Source of the DNA: Bacteroidota bacterium
GTDB taxonomy: Bacteria; Bacteroidota; Bacteroidia; NS11-12g; UBA955
Assembly: GCA_947451105.1 (NCBI GenBank)
Contig: CANFXY010000001.1
Span: 280-64,279, forward strand
DNA: 64,000 bases
Direction of reading: 5' to 3'
Part shown: positions 22,343 through 29,762 of the stretch, piece by piece
Numbering within the stretch: the first letter of the stretch is position 1
Layout: every line of letters starts with the position of its first letter
Made by a program: the position numbers and the translations under genes
Notes under the pieces: model-generated
The model's input: only the letters and a program-made list of their open reading frames with translations
Databases searched by the model: none
Told to the model about the DNA's origin: nothing

Positions 22343-23343
22343 AAATTCTTGTATACAGTTCAGTTTTCTATCCGTCAGTTGGTGGCATTGAGAATCTAAA
22401 TCTAGATTTAATCAATGAATTTGTTCGCGCAGGACATGAAGTGAAAGTTGTAACAGAACAAAAACAGACCAAGGATAATCCATTTAAGGATGTTGAAATC
22501 GTCGAATACAAAAAGATTTTCTCACAAATACGCTTGTTTTTTTGGAGTGACCTAGTCTATATGCCCAACATAACCCTTAAAATATTTTGGCTATTCCTGT
22601 TTAATCCATTCAAAAAATTTGTCATATCTCACAACGATTTTCATATAGCGTTTCACAAAAAATGGATGGCGAATTTAAAATTGTTTTTTATTAAGCGCGC
22701 CAATGCCAATATTACAGTAAGTAAAAGCATTGCTGAACATTTTAAAATCAAGGCTGAGGTAATTTATAATTGTTACAATGATGCGGTGTTTAAATTGTAT
22801 TCAGGTATAGAGCGAAATAAAGATTTTGTATTTGTTGGTAGATTGGTAAGTTCAAAAGGCGGCGTTCAATTGTTGGAAGCTTTTAAGAAATTAGAAGGTA
22901 ATTATAATTTAAGCTACATCGGAGATGGACCCGAATTGATTGAATTGAAGAATTTAAGCAAGCAATATGGTTTGGAAAATCGTGTGAGCTTCTTAGGTTT
23001 TATGCATGGCGAAGAACTTGCCAAGAAAATAAATGAATTTAAAATTATGGTCATTTGTCCAATCAGTGTTGAAGGTTTTGGTTTGGTGGCCTTGGAAGGA
23101 CTGGCTTGTGGATGTGATTTGATTGTTTCGGAAGCTGGCGGTTTGCCTGAAGCTGCCAACGGTTTTGGCCGCCAATTTCCTATGGGGAATGCAGAAGCAC
23201 TGAAAACTTGTATGCAAGAGTTAATTGTATCTGAGGATTTGAATGGCAATTATGAAGAAAAGTCAAGGTATTTAAATACACTAACAAAATCAGTGGTGGC
23301 AAGTAAATACTTAACTATTTTTAAAAAGGTTTTAAATAAATAA
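22339..23343 (+). CDS. Glycosyltransferase family 4
   Basis: PSVGGIE; FVGRLVSSKG; EGFGLVALEGLACG. Confidence 0.92.
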   Translation: MKILVYSSVFYPSVGGIENLNLDLINEFVRAGHEVKVVTEQKQTKDNPFKDVEIVEYKKIFSQIRLFFWSDLVYMPNITLKIFWLFLFNPFKKFVISHNDFHIAFHKKWMANLKLFFIKRANANITVSKSIAEHFKIKAEVIYNCYNDAVFKLYSGIERNKDFVFVGRLVSSKGGVQLLEAFKKLEGNYNLSYIGDGPELIELKNLSKQYGLENRVSFLGFMHGEELAKKINEFKIMVICPISVEGFGLVALEGLACGCDLIVSEAGGLPEAANGFGRQFPMGNAEALKTCMQELIVSEDLNGNYEEKSRYLNTLTKSVVASKYLTIFKKVLNK

Positions 23344-23344
23344 T

Positions 23345-24487
23345 ATGTTTCACCGCGACAATATAAATGGACAAAATTTAAAGGATAAACAATTGTGTTT
23401 AACTTTTGATGACGGACCCGGTGTACACACACTGCCAATAGCTTTGTTTTTAAATCAGTTGAAAATTCGAGCAACTTTTTTTGTGGTTGGTAAATATGCA
23501 GCAGACAACATCGATGTTTTGGTGAAAATAAAGGAACTGGGTCACATTGTAGCCAACCATACCTTCGAACACCCCGATATGCCCTATTATTGTTCGGTTA
23601 ATGGCGATGTACAAGACCAGATTGTGAGAACCAACTCGGTAATTAGACCATATGTCAATTCAGAATTGGTTTATTTTAGAGCGCCATATGGAAAATGGTC
23701 CGCTGAGGTGGCAGATGAATTAAACGAAAATTTAAAAAGTTCAGTAAACCTGTGTGGACCGATACATTGGGAAATCCCTGGTATCGACTGTCATTATTGG
23801 AATATCGGAAATTCTGTTGAACAAGCCATTGAAGCCTATCTGATAGAAATAAATAAACTTCAGAAAGGCATCATCGTCATGCATGATGAGATAGCAGATA
23901 TGGGTATTGTCAAGCCTAAAAATAAAACCTATGAATTGGTAATGGGTTTGATCCCTAAATTAATTGAGATGGGCTATCAATTTGTGGGACTGGATCAAAT
24001 TGACGGTTTGCACGATACTGAATCTGAACTTAATTCTTTTTACATTAAATCATCTAGCAACCGCTGGGTAAGTGAGGTTGATAATCAATTCTATTCTTTG
24101 AGAAATGAAAAATACAGTACATTCAAATTAATTGAAAATGGCAATGGAAAGGTTTCAATTAAAACAGCTTCAAATGCATTTATTGCAGTGGATGAAAATA
24201 AATTGAATCAAGTAATTATTTCGAGTGCAATCAACCAATACTCTATGTTCGACTACATTCCTATAAGGTACAACGGTTTCATGCTTCGTTCATACAACGG
24301 AAACTATTTAAACATTGAAAACAAGGACAATAGAATGGTTGCCAGCGCTCAATTTATGAGACAAGCCACTGTGTTTAATTTTAAGTCTGTTCATTCAAAA
24401 ATAGAACGTAAGGTTTCTGTTTCAGAAAGACTGAGACTGTTTAAAAAAGGCATTTTATTCGTTAAATCTAAATTGTTTTCAAGATAA
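23345..24487 (+). CDS. Polysaccharide deacetylase (CE4/NodB) with C-terminal fascin-like beta-trefoil region
   Basis: TFDDGP, NHTFEHP, FRAPYG, IVMHD. C-terminal repeats IKSSSNRWV, IKTASNAFI, LRSYNGNYL. Confidence 0.8.
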   Translation: MFHRDNINGQNLKDKQLCLTFDDGPGVHTLPIALFLNQLKIRATFFVVGKYAADNIDVLVKIKELGHIVANHTFEHPDMPYYCSVNGDVQDQIVRTNSVIRPYVNSELVYFRAPYGKWSAEVADELNENLKSSVNLCGPIHWEIPGIDCHYWNIGNSVEQAIEAYLIEINKLQKGIIVMHDEIADMGIVKPKNKTYELVMGLIPKLIEMGYQFVGLDQIDGLHDTESELNSFYIKSSSNRWVSEVDNQFYSLRNEKYSTFKLIENGNGKVSIKTASNAFIAVDENKLNQVIISSAINQYSMFDYIPIRYNGFMLRSYNGNYLNIENKDNRMVASAQFMRQATVFNFKSVHSKIERKVSVSERLRLFKKGILFVKSKLFSR

Positions 24488-24492
24488 TACCC

Positions 24493-25740
24493 ATGGAACA
24501 AACAAATGAAAACAGCATAGGTTCTGTACTGATTTTGGGTATCAATTTTTCGCCTGAATTAACTGGAATAGGAAAATACAGTGGAGAAATGGCAATTTGG
24601 TTGGCCGAACATAATGTAAAGACTACGGTGGTGACCAGTTTTCCATATTACCCTAATTGGAAAGTCCAAGAACCATATTCAGGGAGATGGTTTAAAAAGG
24701 AAATAAGCGCGAATGGCAACTTAATGGTATATAGATGTCCAATGTATGTTCCTAAAGTGCCTAGTGGCTTAAAACGCATGGTGCATGAGGCTACTTTTTT
24801 CGCTTCTTCAGCTTGTGTTATTCTTCGTTTGTTGTTTAAACCCAAAGTAGACAATGTTATTTGTGTTGCACCTCCTTTTCATTTGGGTTTTTTAGCCTTG
24901 TTTTACCGCATGATTAAAGGTGGGAGAATAAACTACCACATACAAGATCTTCAAATTGAAGCTGCTCGCGATTTAAAAGTTGTAAAATCCGAAGGGTTTT
25001 TTAAAATTTTATTTGGATTGGAAAGGCAAATATTTAACAGGGTTAATTCTATCAGCTCTATTTCATTGGGGATGATGCGAAAAATCTCTGCGAAATCAGG
25101 TAAAGACATTAAAATGTTCCCCAATTGGGTAGATACAAATTTATTCCATCCCCTAGAAAATAGACTTGAATTGAAAAGCCAATGGGGTTTTAAATCAAGC
25201 GATAAAATTGTTTTGTATTCAGGAAGTATAGGGGAGAAGCAAGGGCTTGATGCATTGATTGACATAGCGATTGAATGTCAATCCATCTCAGACATACAAA
25301 TAGTGATCTGTGGTACAGGACCTTACAAATCAAATTTGGAACAAATTTGTAAAAGTAAGTCTGTACAAAATGTGCATTTTTTCCCGCTTCAAGATTTTAA
25401 TGTGTTTAATGCGTTCTTGAATATGGCAGATGTTCATTTGGTGTTACAAAAAGCCCAAGCAGCGGACCTAGTAATGCCAAGTAAATTAAGTACAATTTTA
25501 GCTTCTGGAGGTTTGGTTATTGCAACTGCTTTTGCTGGAACAAGTTTATATGATGAGATCGTCAATAACGAAATGGGAATTGTTATAGATCCTGAAAACA
25601 ACCAATTGCTTCAAGAGGCAATCGTTTTAGCTTGTACGAATGATTATTCCAAAGAGCGCATCAATGCTAGGAAATACGCTGAGAGGTATTTAGATCAAGA
25701 AGCAATTCTGTTGGATATGACAAAAGATATTCTGCAATAA
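24493..25740 (+). CDS. wcaI: WcaI family glycosyltransferase
   Basis: GINFSPELTGIGKYSGEM, PYYPNW, HIQDLQIEAA, PNWVD, YSGSIGEKQGL, MPSKL. Confidence 0.9.
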   Translation: MEQTNENSIGSVLILGINFSPELTGIGKYSGEMAIWLAEHNVKTTVVTSFPYYPNWKVQEPYSGRWFKKEISANGNLMVYRCPMYVPKVPSGLKRMVHEATFFASSACVILRLLFKPKVDNVICVAPPFHLGFLALFYRMIKGGRINYHIQDLQIEAARDLKVVKSEGFFKILFGLERQIFNRVNSISSISLGMMRKISAKSGKDIKMFPNWVDTNLFHPLENRLELKSQWGFKSSDKIVLYSGSIGEKQGLDALIDIAIECQSISDIQIVICGTGPYKSNLEQICKSKSVQNVHFFPLQDFNVFNAFLNMADVHLVLQKAQAADLVMPSKLSTILASGGLVIATAFAGTSLYDEIVNNEMGIVIDPENNQLLQEAIVLACTNDYSKERINARKYAERYLDQEAILLDMTKDILQ

Positions 25741-25772
25741 AAAATAGAGCCATCTTTCGATGACTCTATTTT
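25741..25772. terminator. Bidirectional terminator between the EPS operon and wcaJ
   Basis: AAAATAGAG-C-CATC-TTTC-GATG-A-CTCTATTTT inverted repeat between convergent genes. Confidence 0.75.
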
Positions 25773-25811
25773 GTGGGCTAGCCACAATTTCTATGTAAAT
25801 TTTGTTTGATG

Positions 25812-27227
25812 TTAAACGGCATTTTTGTCGCCCATAATCATATTCTTAATTGTAGAATAGATTATTTTTAACTCAAGAATAAAGGTCCAATTTTCAATAT
25901 ACCATATATCGTATTGTACGCGTTTTGCCATCTTTTCAACATTCTTAGTTTCTCCTCTTAATCCATTCGTTTGCGCCCATCCGGTGATGCCTGGTTTGGC
26001 ATAATGACGCACCAAATAATTGTCAATAAGTTCAGAATATTCATTGGTGTGCTTGACCATATGAGGTCTAGGGCCAACAACTGACATGTTTCCAAACAGA
26101 ACATTAAAGAACTGTGGCATTTCATCTAAGTTGGTTTTTCTTAAAAATTTACCAATTGGCGTAATGCGATTATCATTAGCAGATGCTTGTTTGTGGTCAG
26201 ATTCTGTGTTTACACGCATCGTTCTAAATTTCCAGCAATAAAACTCTCTATTGCCTTCTCCTGTGCGTTTTTGACGGAAAAATATGGGTCCAGGAGAACT
26301 TATTTTAACCAATACCATTAATATTGGGAATAACCAAGGGAAGATAAATACAATCACAACCAAAGAGAAAAATACATCAAAGCTTCTTTTTTTGATTCTA
26401 TTTAACGGTTGTTCTAGCGGTTCCAAACGCAATGAAACAACAGGGACTTGTCCTTGAAAATCAATAGACACATTGTTTGTCTCTTTAAATAATTTATAAT
26501 CTGGTACAAATTTTATTCGGATAAAATTTCTATCACAGAAGCAAATCATTTGCTTAATTTGATTTGAGCCAAAATCACTAAGTGTAACATATACTTCGTG
26601 TATTTTGTTCTTGCTTGTATAGGTATACAAATCTTGGATATTCCCTAAATAGTTTGAATTGCTGTCATTTTCATGTTTGTCATCAAAATACCCTAATATC
26701 CTATAGCCTTGAGATAAGTCTGCTGTCAAAGCATTGATAATATCATTGCTGTTGTCTTTTGGTCCAACTATTACGGTATTGATTAAGTTTTTACCAATTA
26801 ATCTTATCTTTTTGAGTGACGATATTGTTACAATTCTGTATATCAAGACGAAAATACCGAAGTTGAGGAAAAACAATGTAAATGCATTGCCACTTAATTG
26901 ATGCAGTGCAAATAAGTGCGCAAAAGAGGCCATTGCTAAAAAGTAATAAAGAATAAGCTTTAACCTTTTGTAAACGCATGCTTCTATAGTCGTATTTCTT
27001 TTAAATGTAAATTCGTTAAAATGGTGCATGAAATACATCCAAACAAAGTTTGCTACAAATAAGAAAATTTTGGAATCTCTGGTTCCAAGCAACTCAAGGC
27101 TGCGGTGGTTGACATAAAATGCAAATAAATAACTAGCATTTAGCAGCAGTAGGTCTCCAAGTTTAAGAATTAATTTTAAGTACCGAATATTGGCACTCAA
27201 ATTAATTGAGGGTAAATTGCGTATCAT
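25812..27227 (-). CDS. wcaJ: Undecaprenyl-phosphate glucose phosphotransferase (priming GT)
   Basis: Four N-terminal TM segments, CoA-binding-like domain, KRSFD, KFRTM, FLRKTNLDEMPQFFNV, SVVGPRP, KPGITGWAQ. Start placed at ATG 27227. Confidence 0.9.
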   Translation of the reverse strand: MIRNLPSINLSANIRYLKLILKLGDLLLLNASYLFAFYVNHRSLELLGTRDSKIFLFVANFVWMYFMHHFNEFTFKRNTTIEACVYKRLKLILYYFLAMASFAHLFALHQLSGNAFTLFFLNFGIFVLIYRIVTISSLKKIRLIGKNLINTVIVGPKDNSNDIINALTADLSQGYRILGYFDDKHENDSNSNYLGNIQDLYTYTSKNKIHEVYVTLSDFGSNQIKQMICFCDRNFIRIKFVPDYKLFKETNNVSIDFQGQVPVVSLRLEPLEQPLNRIKKRSFDVFFSLVVIVFIFPWLFPILMVLVKISSPGPIFFRQKRTGEGNREFYCWKFRTMRVNTESDHKQASANDNRITPIGKFLRKTNLDEMPQFFNVLFGNMSVVGPRPHMVKHTNEYSELIDNYLVRHYAKPGITGWAQTNGLRGETKNVEKMAKRVQYDIWYIENWTFILELKIIYSTIKNMIMGDKNAV

Positions 27228-27261
27228 GTAATTTTGTGTAATTTGTGTATTTTTGAGAAAT

Positions 27262-27372
27262 GTCCGCCCAGAAAACTGGGTATCAATGAGGGAATCGTAG
27301 CCCGCTTTATTTGCGGCTAAATTCTCTGATACCATTAAATCAGATTGCTTTCTAATTTTAGAAATTCCCATG
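27262..27372 (-). ncRNA. Candidate structured cis-regulatory RNA in the wcaJ leader
   Basis: Dense cluster of complementary segments: GGGAAU/AUUCCC, UUCUA/UAGAA, UCUGAU/AUCAGA, UAGCCGC/GCGGGCUA, CCCAG/CUGGG, and the alternative GGUAUCA/UGAUACC. Confidence 0.4.
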
Positions 27373-27409
27373 TGCTTTTCAGACTTATCCTTCGTTAAAA
27401 AAGCAATGC

Positions 27410-27727
27410 TTAGAGTTGACAAAGCAACAAAACACCAAAAGTCAATTTCGTTTTGAAAATGTCAATAGGAGTAAATGTCACAACTTGCCAATCTTTACAA
27501 TGATTAGAAGACGTTGAATTAAAGATGAAAGTACAAGATTTTAGCCCTACTCGAGCTCTGGTAATAGTTGATTTTTGAAGCGGATATTGAGAAAAAACAT
27601 AAGTAGCGTTATGGCTCGATGTAAAGACATCCAAGCTTGATAAGCATTCTAATGTTTCTGTTTGTTTGTAAGATGGCTTTACCAATTCCGTTTTAAGAAT
27701 TGTCAAAGCACTTTTGTGCGTGTTCAT
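27410..27727 (-). CDS. Possible 105-aa upstream ORF in the wcaJ leader
   Basis: Open frame MNTHKSALTILK...LLLCQL. Its start context (ACACAAATAC-ATG) is nearly the same as that of wcaJ. No recognisable family. Confidence 0.3.
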   Translation of the reverse strand: MNTHKSALTILKTELVKPSYKQTETLECLSSLDVFTSSHNATYVFSQYPLQKSTITRARVGLKSCTFIFNSTSSNHCKDWQVVTFTPIDIFKTKLTFGVLLLCQL

Positions 27728-27830
27728 GTATTTGTGTTTTAAGTTCGGTAGCCATGCGGAAATGTGTTTTAGTCTCTGTGAAGCGTTCAAGTATAAATTG
27801 TTTTAGTATTTTATACTTACTTTTTCACAT

Positions 27831-27864
27831 TGCAAACATAATTTCATTTCTTTTAAATTCCAAA
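27831..27864 (-). promoter_or_regulatory. Bacteroidota sigma-A promoter driving the wcaJ leader
   Basis: TTTG (27864-27861), 20-nt spacer, then TATGTTTGCA (27840-27831): consensus -33/-7 spacing. Confidence 0.7.
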
Positions 27865-28436
27865 TCATTTAAATTTAAATAATAGCTATTAATTTGTTAA
27901 TTATACTAATGTGTTGTATATGAGTTTATTAATATAAAAATCGCATCAATTTGTGATATTTGTCAAGTTTTTTCAGGTAAAAAAACACAGTTTTAAGGCA
28001 ATAATTCTCTTTTTTCGATAATATGTTTGTTTAATTTTTTTTCGCCAATATGTTTTTAGGGTAAATTACCCAATACAATAAATTAAATATCTGTAAAATA
28101 AATACTTGCAATTTTAATTAATATGATTTTTATATGAATTGGTGCTAATTATTAAATTATCGTTAATGTTTATTAAAATGAGTATATAAACTTATTGTTT
28201 TATTTGTTTAAGTTTTTTAGCCTTAAAATCACAGCTGTATTCAAAATCAAAAAATCAATAATGATTCATCCAAAAAATAACATGATGCTTAGGCGTCGGA
28301 AATTTAATTTGCTCATGATTTCAACTCTCAAAAAGGGAACAAATCAATAAGGCCTAGTTACGAAGTTCTAAATCTATTCGAATGAATTGTTAAGTTAATT
28401 TGCATGAAATCAACAATAGGTTTTAATATGCTGTTT

Positions 28437-28476
28437 AAACAAAAAAAACCTGAATTACTTCAGGTTTTTTTTGTTT
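28437..28476 (-). terminator. Terminator downstream of tRNA-Lys
   Basis: AAACAAAAAAAACCTGAA-TTAC-TTCAGGTTTTTTTTGTTT inverted repeat. Confidence 0.85.
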
Positions 28477-28480
28477 GTTC

Positions 28481-28556
28481 TGGTGATCCCGCTGGGATTC
28501 GAACCCAGGACCACTACATTAAAAGTGTAATGCTCTACCAGCTGAGCTACGGAATC
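28481..28556 (-). tRNA. tRNA-Lys (anticodon UUU)
   Basis: GATTCCGTAGCTCAGCTGGTAGAGCATTACACTTTTAATGTAGTGGTCCTGGGTTCGAATCCCAGCGGGATCACCA: 76 nt cloverleaf, TTCGA T-loop, encoded CCA. Confidence 0.97.
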
Positions 28557-28567
28557 GTTAAACGTGG

Positions 28568-28600
28568 TGCAAAAGTAAGATTTTTATTGGTTTAAACAAA
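28568..28600 (-). promoter_or_regulatory. tRNA promoter (-33/-7)
   Basis: TTTG, 19-nt spacer, TACTTTTGCA immediately upstream of the tRNA. Confidence 0.75.
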
Positions 28601-28626
28601 TGCTTTTTGAAAATATTTGAATTATT

Positions 28627-29727
28627 TTATACATTGAATCTAAAATGCATGCAATCTCCATCTTTTACTATGTATTCTTTACCCTCAACGCCTAGTTTAC
28701 CAGCCTCTTTAATTGCCGATTCTGTGCCATATTGAAGGTAATCATCGTATTTTATTACTTCTGCTCTAATAAACCCTTTTTCAAAGTCTGTGTGGATCAC
28801 AGCAGCAGCTTGTGGTGCTTTCATGCCTCTGGTAATTGTCCATGCTCTAACTTCTTTTTCACCTACAGTGAAATAGGTTATGTAGTTTAACATTTTATAG
28901 GCTGCTTTAATTAATTTGGCAACACCACTTTCGCTCATGCCTAAATCGTTTAAGAACATGGCTCTTTCTTCAGGATCTTCAAGCTCAGCGATGTCTGCTT
29001 CAGCTGCAGCGCAAATGACCATCACATCTGCATTTTCGGATGCTGCCATTTCTCTAATTTTATCTACCCAAGCATTGCCGTTGGGTAAACTTTTCTCATC
29101 CACATTGCAAACATATAAAACCGGTTTTCCAGTTAATAGATTTAAATCTTCAGTTAGTTCTTTTTGTTCATCGGTTAAGCCATCCATTGTGCGGGCATTT
29201 AAACCCTGTAACAAATGGGCTTTAAGTTTTTCGCATGCGTCAGCAATTTTACTTGCATCTTTATCGCCCGCTTTAGCTTGTTTTTGAACCCTTAACAATC
29301 TGTTCTCTACTGCTTCTAAATCTTTTAATTGCAGCTCTGTGTCAATAATTTCTTTGTCTCTAATTGGATTAACTGATCCATCAACGTGTATGATGTTGTC
29401 ATCTTCAAAACATCTAAGAACGTGCAATATAGCTTGTGTGCTTTTAATGTTGCCAAGAAATTGATTTCCCAAACCTTCTCCTTTGCTTGCACCTTTTACC
29501 AATCCTGCAATATCCACTATTTCAACTGTAGCTGGAACAATGTTCTGAGGTTTTGCAATTTCCGTAAGCTTTTGCAGACGTTCATCTGGAACGGTTATTA
29601 CACCAACATTGGGCTCAATGGTGCAAAACGGGAAATTTGCTGCTTGTGCTTTTGCATTGCTTAAGCAATTGAAGAGGGTAGATTTTCCAACATTTGGAAG
29701 TCCTACGATACCACACTGTAATGACAT
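28627..29727 (-). CDS. ychF: Redox-regulated ATPase YchF
   Basis: GLPNVGKST, ANFPFCTIEPN, DIAGLVKGASKGEGLGNQFL, IHTDFEKGFIRAE, FRFNV. Confidence 0.97.
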   Translation of the reverse strand: MSLQCGIVGLPNVGKSTLFNCLSNAKAQAANFPFCTIEPNVGVITVPDERLQKLTEIAKPQNIVPATVEIVDIAGLVKGASKGEGLGNQFLGNIKSTQAILHVLRCFEDDNIIHVDGSVNPIRDKEIIDTELQLKDLEAVENRLLRVQKQAKAGDKDASKIADACEKLKAHLLQGLNARTMDGLTDEQKELTEDLNLLTGKPVLYVCNVDEKSLPNGNAWVDKIREMAASENADVMVICAAAEADIAELEDPEERAMFLNDLGMSESGVAKLIKAAYKMLNYITYFTVGEKEVRAWTITRGMKAPQAAAVIHTDFEKGFIRAEVIKYDDYLQYGTESAIKEAGKLGVEGKEYIVKDGDCMHFRFNV

Positions 29728-29762
29728 GTTTTAAACTGTATTTTTTTCCTGTTTAGGGTTGA

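Noticed and set aside
27279..27333. Resemblance of the plus-strand TATCAATGAGGGA...GCCC segment to a SAM-I riboswitch
   Set aside because: The GCAAC/GTGC core and correct spacing are missing, and no gene follows on that strand.
27228..27422. 65-aa N-terminal extension of WcaJ in the ORF track
   Set aside because: Non-ATG start, no WcaJ-like character, and it overlaps the structured leader; ATG 27227 gives a normal-length protein.
27870..28430. 560-bp AT-rich gap as a possible CRISPR array, origin or invertible promoter
   Set aside because: No regular repeat-spacer pattern, no clear DnaA-box cluster, no long flanking inverted repeats and no recombinase seen.
28404..28595. 63-aa plus-strand ORF
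   Set aside because: It is the antisense of tRNA-Lys, its terminator and its promoter.
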